Positions 30,854 through 39,111 of a stretch of 64,000 bases of DNA are shown one piece after another. Numbering within the stretch: the first letter of the stretch is position 1; each line of letters begins with the position of its first letter. The stretch is from Alphaproteobacteria bacterium. GTDB lineage: Bacteria > Pseudomonadota > Alphaproteobacteria > Sphingomonadales > Kordiimonadaceae. The notes beneath the pieces are model-generated. The model saw nothing but the letters and a program-made list of their open reading frames with translations, was not told the origin of the DNA and ran no database searches. Made by a program: the position numbers and the translations under genes. Where the stretch lies: the NCBI GenBank assembly GCA_021774775.1, contig JAJFIT010000249.1, positions 4,099 to 68,098 on the forward strand, given 5' to 3'.

Positions 30854-32017
30854 TTAACTCGCTACCGCAATTTTTGCTCGTACGTCGCTCACCGGCACCG
30901 CTTTCACGGATGCACCCTCGATGAAAGCTTCCGTCATCAACCGGGCAACGTCGTCTGTATGTTGCACGGGTGGGTGCTTGCAGAAGAAAGCCGAAGGACC
31001 TTCAATGACTCCGCCTTGGCCACGATCAAGCGCAACTTTTGCGCAGCGGATCGTATCGATCGCCACGCCCGCAGAATTTGGCGAGTCTTCAACCGACAGC
31101 CGCATTTCCAGGTTCATCGGCACGTCTCCAAACAAGCGTCCCTCCATCCGCAGAAAACAAACCTTGTTATCGTTTTGCCAGGCAACATAGTCACTAGGGC
31201 CAACATGAATATTTTCGTCCGCAATGCGGCTGGCTGCAACCGATTGAACTGCCTCGGTTTTCGATGTTTTCTTTGAGGCAAGTCGGTCCTGGTTTTTCAT
31301 GTTGAGAAAATCAGTATTGCCGCCAGTATTAAGCTGATAGGTGCGGTCCATCGCAACGCCGCGCTTGGCAAACAAATCCGTCAGAATCCGGTGCACAATC
31401 GTGGCCCCCAGCTGGGCTTTGATGTCATCACCAATAATAGGTACGCCTGCCTTTTCAAAACGTTCAGCCCATACCGGATTGCTGGCAATAAACACCGGGA
31501 TGTTGTTGACAAATGCAACACCTGCTTCAAGGGCGCATTCCGCGTAGAATTCTGATGCCTCCTGGCTGCCAACTGGCAGATAGTTCATCACAACATCAAC
31601 GCCTGCCTCTCTAAATTCACGTACAACGTCCGCCTTGTTAGGCTCCGGTGCGCTGAGGGGCAGGAAGCGGCGGTCATCCGGGTATGCGGCCATATGATCA
31701 GAATAACCGTCCAGCGAGCGACCCATCTTAACAATCACATCCTGTTTTGGAATGTCCGCATGGAAAACTGTGGTGCAGTTTGGCGCTGCAAACACAGCGT
31801 CTGCTACATCGCGCCCTACTTTGCGCTTGTCTATGTCATATGCAGTAACAATCCTGATATCTGAAGGCTTGTAGCCGCCGAGATCATGATGCATCAGTCC
31901 CGCAGCATCCGTATCACTTTCATCGCTGTAGTAATAAATTCCCTGTATCAACGAGCTGGCACAGTTACCGAGCCCGATAACGGCGATATTGATGGTTCTA
32001 CTAGTTGTTTTTGGCAT
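30854..32017 (-). CDS. ino1: myo-Inositol-1-phosphate synthase
   Basis: G.GNCASSL.QG, NYLPVGS, GDDIKAQ.GATI.HR, YQLN.GGNTDFLNM, SKK.SKT and DSPNSAG. ATG at 32017 follows a GGAG RBS. Confidence 0.95.
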   Translation of the reverse strand: MPKTTSRTINIAVIGLGNCASSLIQGIYYYSDESDTDAAGLMHHDLGGYKPSDIRIVTAYDIDKRKVGRDVADAVFAAPNCTTVFHADIPKQDVIVKMGRSLDGYSDHMAAYPDDRRFLPLSAPEPNKADVVREFREAGVDVVMNYLPVGSQEASEFYAECALEAGVAFVNNIPVFIASNPVWAERFEKAGVPIIGDDIKAQLGATIVHRILTDLFAKRGVAMDRTYQLNTGGNTDFLNMKNQDRLASKKTSKTEAVQSVAASRIADENIHVGPSDYVAWQNDNKVCFLRMEGRLFGDVPMNLEMRLSVEDSPNSAGVAIDTIRCAKVALDRGQGGVIEGPSAFFCKHPPVQHTDDVARLMTEAFIEGASVKAVPVSDVRAKIAVAS

Positions 32018-32150
32018 TTTTTTCTCCAAGCCGAACGATATGCATTGGTTGGGTGACGGAGTGGAACGGAGAAGCCCTCCAAAAAAAGTTAAAAAACTTC
32101 ATGCCCCGATGTCGCTTTTCATGTTCCCAGCTATCAGCTACTCTTTGAGC

Positions 32151-32723
32151 ATGCTCGACGGATTGGAAAAAAATAATACACCTGCAACAGATGCTTCTGT
32201 AGGTGGTCGCACGCTCGAAGACTTGTTTCGCGCGCAGCGCCCTGCCCTGATCCGTTATACAATGGCCAAAGTTCGCAATGAGGCAGAGGCAGAGGAAATT
32301 GTCCAGGAAGCCTTTATCCGCTTCCAGGGAAAATATGATGCCGAGGTTATAGCTTCGCCGGCAGCATTACTGGCACGAATAGCAGCAAACCTTGTCATTG
32401 ACCGGGTGCGAGAGCGCGACGCCCGCGCTGCGCGCGAAGACGTCTGGGGTAAACTTAATACTGAAGGCTCAGGCGATCTTTCAGAATCTCGTTTGGGTGT
32501 CGACCCGGCGCGCACGTTAGATGCCAAGCAACAGATTGAAGCAGCCCTAAGCGTATTGGAAAAGTTGCCGGACAAAACCCGCAGGATTTTTATGCTACAT
32601 CGTTTCGAAGGACTGACCCACGCTGAGATTGTCGAGCAAACCGGCATTCCTAAAAGCACCGTAGAAAAGCATATGATCCGTGCGATCAAGGAACTTGCGC
32701 CTCTAAGAGAAGAATACCGATGA
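32151..32723 (+). CDS. ECF sigma factor (FecI-like)
   Basis: AEEIVQEAF, 'IA.NL..D..R' and region 4 'LP...R.IF.L.RFEGLT..EI....GI..STVEKH..RA'. Start codon uncertain. Confidence 0.9.
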   Translation: MLDGLEKNNTPATDASVGGRTLEDLFRAQRPALIRYTMAKVRNEAEAEEIVQEAFIRFQGKYDAEVIASPAALLARIAANLVIDRVRERDARAAREDVWGKLNTEGSGDLSESRLGVDPARTLDAKQQIEAALSVLEKLPDKTRRIFMLHRFEGLTHAEIVEQTGIPKSTVEKHMIRAIKELAPLREEYR

Positions 32724-32786
32724 TGATGCACCACAATTTATCGGAGGTGTCATGCGGGCCGCACCGTTTACCAAGCAGTTACAAGA

Positions 32787-33818
32787 GTGAAGAGCATGAC
32801 TGAGTATGGAAAAAATAACGTTACGCCGGAAGTCTTGGACACGGCAGCAGCGTGGCACGTTCGCCTGAATGCGGGAGACGTAACTGACCACGACATCGAG
32901 CAGCATATGGACTGGTTGCTCGCAGAGCCTGCGCATGCCGACGCATTTGAGCGTATTGCTGCGACAATGCGCGACGCTGGCATGTTTGAACAAGCCGCGC
33001 GCGCTGCTTTCGCTGAGAACCTCAACCAGCCAGGTAGGGCGGGTAAGTCTCACGCCGCGTTAAGCGATTTTATCAAGGGATGGTCTTGGCCACAATGGTC
33101 AGTTGCAGCAGCGGTCGCCGCCACACTCATGTTTACCGTTTTAGTGCCCGGGTCAGGATTGCTGCAGCCCTCCGCCTCGACCCAAATCTATGCGGCAACC
33201 AGCGGCGGTATTGAAAGTGTCAAACTCTCAGATGGATCAACGGTATCACTTTTTGGCGGCAGTGAACTTGCGGTCACCATGAAAAACCACGAGCGGTCGC
33301 TCACACTGACAAAAGGCCGTGCCTTCTTCGACGTAGCCAAAGATACCTCAAAGCCGTTTATTGTATCGGCTGGCACCCGACAGGTTACGGTTGTGGGTAC
33401 TCGTTTTGAAGTCATTCTGGGCGAAGGCTTTGAACAAGTTGCCGTTAATGAAGGGATAGTATCCGTTGATACTGTTCAAGATAAAAACCAGCGGCCAGTG
33501 TTGATTGAACCTGGCACCATTGCAACATACAAGACGGGCAATATTTCGCCCGATATTGCAGAAGTTTCTGCTGCCGCAATCGGAACATGGACCGAGGGAG
33601 TGCTGTCGTTTGACAACCAGTCTTTGACCAAAGTCGTTGCCTCAATCCAGCAGATATTCCCCGAAAAAACACTTCGGCTTGGTGACGAAAAGCTGAACGA
33701 CATCACATTTTCAGGTACGCTTGTCGTATCCGAACCTGAAACCATGATGCGTCAGCTTGGTATGTTCCTGAATTTGAAACTGGTTGTTTCCAGCGATGAA
33801 ATTCTTTTGCTTCCGTAG
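32787..33818 (+). CDS. FecR family anti-sigma/transmembrane sensor
   Basis: 'AAAWHVRL', 'WL.A.P.H..AF', one TM segment, 'L.DGS.V.L', 'G.AFFDV.KD...PF.V', 'V.GT.F.V' and 'W..G.L.F'. Confidence 0.92.
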   Translation: MKSMTEYGKNNVTPEVLDTAAAWHVRLNAGDVTDHDIEQHMDWLLAEPAHADAFERIAATMRDAGMFEQAARAAFAENLNQPGRAGKSHAALSDFIKGWSWPQWSVAAAVAATLMFTVLVPGSGLLQPSASTQIYAATSGGIESVKLSDGSTVSLFGGSELAVTMKNHERSLTLTKGRAFFDVAKDTSKPFIVSAGTRQVTVVGTRFEVILGEGFEQVAVNEGIVSVDTVQDKNQRPVLIEPGTIATYKTGNISPDIAEVSAAAIGTWTEGVLSFDNQSLTKVVASIQQIFPEKTLRLGDEKLNDITFSGTLVVSEPETMMRQLGMFLNLKLVVSSDEILLLP

Positions 33819-33819
33819 G

Positions 33820-36357
33820 ATGATTGTAGGGCGATTGGGGAATAAAATATTACATTTTTGGGGTCTTGGCACCGCACTAATCCTTTGCGTCTGCGCGGCG
33901 AGCCAGCCAGCTTGGAGCCAGTCCAGGTTTTTTGTGATTGAACGCCAGCCGCTTCAAAGCGCGCTCATTGAGTTTGCCGAGCAGGCACAGCTTTCGATTA
34001 ACTTCTCCAATTTCGACTTAACCGGCATTCAAACGGCGGGTAGTTCCCGCAATGTTTCCAAAAGCGTTGTCATGCGCCAGTTATTGGAAGGCACCGGGTT
34101 CGGGTTTCGCTTTATCGACAACAATTCGGTCGAGCTGTTCAAATTGCCTCTTGCCCGCGCAGCCGTTGACAATAAACAGAACCAAATCAACCCAATAGGC
34201 GAGGCAAGAATTGAGGAACTTGTGGTCACGGCGATCAAACGGTCGACAACAAGTTTTGATCTTCCTGTCAGCGTGAGCGGGGTTTCATCTATCGCCCTCG
34301 AGGACCTTGGTGCTTACGATTTTCAAACACTGGTTCCGCATCTTGCAGGTGTGTCGACAACCAATCTGGGGCCAGGCCGCAACAAAATTTTTGTCCGCGG
34401 GCTATCAGACGGGCCTTTTGCTGACCGCACTCAGGCCGTTGTCGGCGTTTACATTGACGAAGCGCCAATTAACTTCAGTGACACCAACCCGGATATCCGG
34501 CTTTATGATGCCGAGCGCGTGGAGCTAATCCGCGGGCCACAGGGCACGCTATACGGCGCTGGCTCATTGGGCGGCATCTACAAAATTGTAACCAACAAAC
34601 CTGTCCTTGACGAAACGTCTGGCCGCGCACGGGCGTCCTTTTCCCACACCGAAGGCGGCGGCGAGAACGGACTGGTGGATGTCGTTTTCAACACGCCGTT
34701 GGTGCGCGATAAAGTTGGGTTCCGCTTCGCAGGCTACACAAATATCAAGAATGGATACATCGATGACGTGGCGCTTGGGCTGTCGAATGTGAACGACCTG
34801 TCCATTTACGGTGGCCGGACAGCCTTGCGATGGAAAGCGAGCAATGATTGGGTGATTGACGGTGCTCTCAACATCCAGTCAATTCGCTACGACGACTCGC
34901 AGTATTTTGACCGCAGCCTTGGCCGCAACAAACGAGCGAAGCAGTTGCAGGAGCCCTATGATGACGATTTTATCCAGGCCAGCCTGACGATTAAGGGACG
35001 CCTGGGCAATGCGCTGCTAACCAGCGCAACTGCCCTTGTCGACCGGACTATCAAAGATACGTCTGACGCATCCATTGGCACCGACTTTATAGGTGACATT
35101 ACCGCTATTGAGGCTGACTTGCTGGCATCAAGCGATCTGGGTCGCTTCGGCGGGGCGGAAGATTTTTTCGAACTGTCCCCCACTGGCGCAGCTGGATTTT
35201 TCACCCGCGATGACATTCTGACGATAAGTCACGAAACACGGCTGCAGTCCGAAAATGCAGGGCGATTTAACTGGCTTCTTGGTGTCTTTTATCTGGACCG
35301 TCAGCAAGACTCTGAAAGAGTTCTCGGCCTTAGGTTCGATGAAAACGAAGCTCGTATAGCCTTTGCGGAGGACCGGCGCGACAAAACCGATGATATTGCT
35401 GTCTTCGGCGAAACAATATGGGACATGAACAAAGGCTTGAGCTTGACGGCAGGCCTACGCTTCTCACACAGCACATTCAAGCTGAATTATATGTCCTCGC
35501 TCGCGACCGACGGCAGTGAACTTATCGTCGAAGACAGCAAAACCACCAACAAGGTGATTCCCAAAATAGCTCTGCGATACGAATGGTCACCTGACGTTCA
35601 AACCTACCTGCAAGTTTCGGTAGGATACCGGGTTGGGGGCATCAATATCAATACGCCCCTGAGTGCATTGCAAGCTGGAGACCCTGACCTTGAATTCGAG
35701 GAGAGTGTGCCGCGCGACTTTCAATCGGATACACTCGTCAACTATGAAGCCGGCATCAAGTCCTATTGGTTTGACCGGCGGCTGTCGCTCAATCTTTCCG
35801 CCTTCTATGTGCGCTGGTTTGACATTCAATCAGATCAAATCAACGCCGATGGCTTCCCGTTTGTCACCAATGTGGGCAGCGCACGCAATCTTGGTTATGA
35901 AGTTGAGTTTGCGGCTAACTTGTTCAAGGGATTCGAGCTACGCGGCTCCTTTTTCTGGAACGATTCTGAACTTCTGGATGACAATCCGTTCCTCGGTGCA
36001 AATGCTGGCGACCGGTTACCCACAATACCTGAAAACACCGTAAGTATGGCAGCGCTTTACCAGTTTGACACCGGCCCTGACTGGCGAACCACCATATCCG
36101 CCAATTACGCCTATATCGGGGCTTCAGCTCTACGTTTTGACGAAGACACATCGCCGCAAATGGGTGATTACGGCCTTTTGAATGCCTCGGTTCAGATCGC
36201 CAGCGACATATGGAAAATTGGCTTTTATGCCGATAACCTTACCGACACGAAAGCCAATACTTTCTCGTTCGGCAACAATTTCACCATTGACGTGGATGAA
36301 CAGGTAACCCCGCCGCGTCCGCGAACTTTCGGTGTTTTTGTCGAACGTAAATTCTAG
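33820..36357 (+). CDS. TonB-dependent transducer (receptor with N-terminal STN signalling domain)
   Basis: 'F.I..QPL..AL..FA.QA' STN domain, EELVVTA TonB box, 'ERVE..RGPQGTLYGAGSLGG' and C-terminal 'RPRTFG....RKF'. Confidence 0.93.
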   Translation: MIVGRLGNKILHFWGLGTALILCVCAASQPAWSQSRFFVIERQPLQSALIEFAEQAQLSINFSNFDLTGIQTAGSSRNVSKSVVMRQLLEGTGFGFRFIDNNSVELFKLPLARAAVDNKQNQINPIGEARIEELVVTAIKRSTTSFDLPVSVSGVSSIALEDLGAYDFQTLVPHLAGVSTTNLGPGRNKIFVRGLSDGPFADRTQAVVGVYIDEAPINFSDTNPDIRLYDAERVELIRGPQGTLYGAGSLGGIYKIVTNKPVLDETSGRARASFSHTEGGGENGLVDVVFNTPLVRDKVGFRFAGYTNIKNGYIDDVALGLSNVNDLSIYGGRTALRWKASNDWVIDGALNIQSIRYDDSQYFDRSLGRNKRAKQLQEPYDDDFIQASLTIKGRLGNALLTSATALVDRTIKDTSDASIGTDFIGDITAIEADLLASSDLGRFGGAEDFFELSPTGAAGFFTRDDILTISHETRLQSENAGRFNWLLGVFYLDRQQDSERVLGLRFDENEARIAFAEDRRDKTDDIAVFGETIWDMNKGLSLTAGLRFSHSTFKLNYMSSLATDGSELIVEDSKTTNKVIPKIALRYEWSPDVQTYLQVSVGYRVGGININTPLSALQAGDPDLEFEESVPRDFQSDTLVNYEAGIKSYWFDRRLSLNLSAFYVRWFDIQSDQINADGFPFVTNVGSARNLGYEVEFAANLFKGFELRGSFFWNDSELLDDNPFLGANAGDRLPTIPENTVSMAALYQFDTGPDWRTTISANYAYIGASALRFDEDTSPQMGDYGLLNASVQIASDIWKIGFYADNLTDTKANTFSFGNNFTIDVDEQVTPPRPRTFGVFVERKF

Positions 36358-36460
36358 CGCATTGCTCAGAAAATATTCTATTTTTTCAATTGGATAATGG
36401 AGGCTACCTGCCTCCTGTTTCGTCTTTCTATCATAACAGGAAAGATTGGATGTTTCTTAC

Positions 36461-37324
36461 ATGGCGCGCCCTACCGCTTTCAAAAATCTGCTGGTTCTTA
36501 CATCACTGGCCGCTCTTTCGAATGAAACATTTGCGCGCGACGAATCCGGCACCGGAATGCTCAATGCCACAATTGAAAACATCCAGGATGGTTTCGACCT
36601 CCTCATTCCCGATGACTTGAAACTCGAAGACCTAAAGGTCCGCTTCGGTGCTGGATTTGGAACATTACCGGACTATGTCGGCGCAAAAAACTACCGCACC
36701 AAGGCCGTGCCCCTGATTGATATTCGCTATGGCCGACGTTGGCGACTTTCCAATCGACGACTGAGCTACAATGCAATTTTAGCCGGTCGGTGGACGGTAG
36801 GTCCGTTTATCAAGCAGAAGTCCGGCAGGCGCGAGACCCGAAGCCCGGTTCTGGCAGGATTGAGCGACATCGACAGCACCTTTCAAATTGGCACCTTTGC
36901 CAAATATAAAACCAAAAGAATGCTGTTTAATGCTGAATACCGACATGCTCTTGGCGCAAGCCAAGGCGACAGCCTGCGCGTCACCTTCGGCCACGGTATT
37001 TTCAAATCCGGGAGATTTTCTGCGGCCGCCACGGCAAGCGCAAAATGGCTCTCCGGCACCGCAATGCAAACGAATTTTGGCATCACTACAACACAATCAC
37101 TTAACTCAACAGCAGGATTGCAGGTATATACTCCCCGTTCGGGTGTGTCAGAAGCATCGGTCAGTCTTTACGGTCGCTTTCAGATTGACGAGCGCACCCG
37201 TCTCGTTGGTTTAGCGAGCTACGGGAGACTGTTGGGTGCTTCAGCAGATAGCCCACTGGTAGCAGACAGTGTGGGCGCTGTTGATCAGTTGAAACTCGGC
37301 ATTGGTTTCACGGTCGATTTTTAG
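36461..37324 (+). CDS. MipA/OmpV family outer-membrane protein
   Basis: 'G.G....PDY.GA..Y....VP', 'MQT.FG', 'Y.RL.G.ADSPLV' and a terminal Phe. Confidence 0.8.
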   Translation: MARPTAFKNLLVLTSLAALSNETFARDESGTGMLNATIENIQDGFDLLIPDDLKLEDLKVRFGAGFGTLPDYVGAKNYRTKAVPLIDIRYGRRWRLSNRRLSYNAILAGRWTVGPFIKQKSGRRETRSPVLAGLSDIDSTFQIGTFAKYKTKRMLFNAEYRHALGASQGDSLRVTFGHGIFKSGRFSAAATASAKWLSGTAMQTNFGITTTQSLNSTAGLQVYTPRSGVSEASVSLYGRFQIDERTRLVGLASYGRLLGASADSPLVADSVGAVDQLKLGIGFTVDF

Positions 37325-37325
37325 C

Positions 37326-38375
37326 TTATCGCCGAGTACGTCGACGGTTCTTACGTTCTTTCCCAATCAGAATTTCTTCCAACAGCGCGGTACCACTTAT
37401 AGAATAACGCTCGTTTTCCACGTCAAAGTTCATCTTGTATTTTGCTAGCCGCCTGTACCGCGATATGTCAGCCAGTAACCCCGCCACCAACCTCTCAATG
37501 CCGCTCAATTGGTCTTTGATCAGAAAAGTTTCGAGTTCGGTGGTGATTGTAATTGCCCCGGTACCGGCACCACCATCAAAGGTCAGGCCGCCCGCGCCAT
37601 CAAGCCGAACCACAATATCGCGGAGCTTTTCCGGTGCGCCAAATCGAGGCACCAGTATGATCTCGGTTCTGGACCCACCGGAAGGTGTTTCGAAATGATG
37701 AATAATGGGCGCAAACGCGCCTTCGCTCTCAATCGGCGTGACACGGACCCAGCGCCTCAATACGCGCGCGAGTGGGACGCGCTGTATCACATGCAGGCCA
37801 TATCCTTTTCCATGCCCAAGGAGCCGCCATTCACCGCCCGGACCCGGTCCGCCAATTTCCGGGCCTGCTCGCCAGCGGGCAAATGACCGCACTATGGGCG
37901 CATAAAGCGTGATTTGAGGCAGGCTCAGATCATTATCTTTCGGGACCAACTCTATCAATTCATGTTTAGCGTTGAAAAGTACATCAACCTCTGCCGCTGT
38001 ATTGTGAAGCCGCAGCATATAACCGGGATGAGCTCCCTCAAGTTCGTGTTGAAAAATTGCCAACTTCGGTTCGTTTTTTGAAAATGACCACCCATCTCGC
38101 CCCCGGCCATTCTTTATGATAACGGCCGGTTCATCCGGCAGTTTCAGCGAAGCAACCATTAATCCGTGATGCTTACTGATCGGCAAGTTGGTTATCAGGA
38201 ATTGGCTTGTAAGCAGCGCGCCTGTGTCGAAATAAAACTGCTGCTCCCAATATTCAGCATAGCCTCGCTCGTCCGACAATATTGGTGCGATAGAGCCTGG
38301 CTGGGCGCTCGCGGGCATACAGACGCTAAATAATGCAAAGATTGATAGAAAGCTTTGCCGCCCCAACTGTACCAT
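37326..38375 (-). CDS. Secreted hypothetical protein, possibly AttH/lipocalin-like beta-barrel
   Basis: Signal peptide (ASA-Q). 'YAEYWEQQFYF..G' resembles the E-W-W-Y-F start of AttH/CrtC-like folds. Weak assignment. Confidence 0.45.
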   Translation of the reverse strand: MVQLGRQSFLSIFALFSVCMPASAQPGSIAPILSDERGYAEYWEQQFYFDTGALLTSQFLITNLPISKHHGLMVASLKLPDEPAVIIKNGRGRDGWSFSKNEPKLAIFQHELEGAHPGYMLRLHNTAAEVDVLFNAKHELIELVPKDNDLSLPQITLYAPIVRSFARWRAGPEIGGPGPGGEWRLLGHGKGYGLHVIQRVPLARVLRRWVRVTPIESEGAFAPIIHHFETPSGGSRTEIILVPRFGAPEKLRDIVVRLDGAGGLTFDGGAGTGAITITTELETFLIKDQLSGIERLVAGLLADISRYRRLAKYKMNFDVENERYSISGTALLEEILIGKERKNRRRTRR

Positions 38376-38749
38376 CGCTATTTTATCTCCGTTCGGTTTC
38401 GTCTCTTGAACGGATAACTGGACTTTCCACCTCCACTATTTTGCTTACTCTTACCCTATGTTTACTAGGTGTGTAATCTCATGAGGTTGTTCGCAGAATA
38501 GGCCAATTTGGCCGCGGTTGGCACTGCAGCACGGCTTTGGTGGTGAGGTCCGCAATATCCTTTTCGGCGTTTAAGGGGCGGTAATGGTGCGTATAGTGTT
38601 TCTCTTTCTCAAATGTGCTCCACGGAAAGGCAAGGGGACACCAGTGCTTCCTGCACAGTTTGCCCATCGGTGTATGACGGTGCAAAGCGTGTGGCGAGAA
38701 GCTGCACAACGAACACAAATTGGTCAAGCTGATCATCTCAGTCAATGAA

Positions 38750-38791
38750 TTTATTGAGGGAGATTGGCGATTTTATTGAGGGAGGTTGGCG
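38750..38791. repeat. Tandem 20-bp direct repeat abutting the tRNA 3' end
   Basis: TTTATTGAGGGAGATTGGCG (38750-38769) and TTTATTGAGGGAGGTTGGCG (38772-38791) are 19/20 identical. Confidence 0.8.
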
Positions 38792-38831
38792 CACCCGAGA
38801 GGATTCGAACCTCTGGCCTCTGCCTTCGGAG
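38787..38831 (-). repeat. 3' half of tRNA-Arg(CCG): att-site duplication marking the island boundary (not an intact tRNA)
   Basis: The minus strand reads CTCCGAAGGCAGAGGCCAGAGGTTCGAATCCTCTCGGGTGCGCCA: anticodon loop with CCG, T-arm GTTCGAATC and 3' CCA. The D-arm and 5' acceptor strand are absent. Confidence 0.9.
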
Positions 38832-39111
38832 CGCAATTCGAAATCACTCATACAAGCAATTTCAATGACTTACGGTCCGTGGAAGATCATAGAATTTCAT
38901 AGAAGGGCACAATGGTGCATGTGTGTGTAAGGTCTGCGTGTCAGTTGCGTGTTAGTCGTGTCGCAAATCATTCAAAGGCATCAGCCCCACGCCAAAAAAT
39001 CAAAAAGATCCCCACATCACCGGGCGCACACCGTTTATCTAACGTACAACGTCTATCTATATGCATAGGCATTAGCTATAGTCTTATTTAAGTTATAGTC
39101 AGAAAATTTCA

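Noticed and set aside
38479-38745. 88-aa minus-strand ORF / possible ncRNA left of the att site
   Set aside because: No recognisable motif, RBS or RNA family signature. It may be decayed mobile DNA, but that cannot be supported.
38787-38860. Intact tRNA-Arg gene
   Set aside because: Only the 3' 45 nt match. The D-arm and 5' acceptor strand are replaced by island sequence.
38745-38930. 61-aa ORF containing 'WRTREDSNLWPLPSE'
   Set aside because: This is the typical antisense translation of a tRNA 3' half, not a protein gene.
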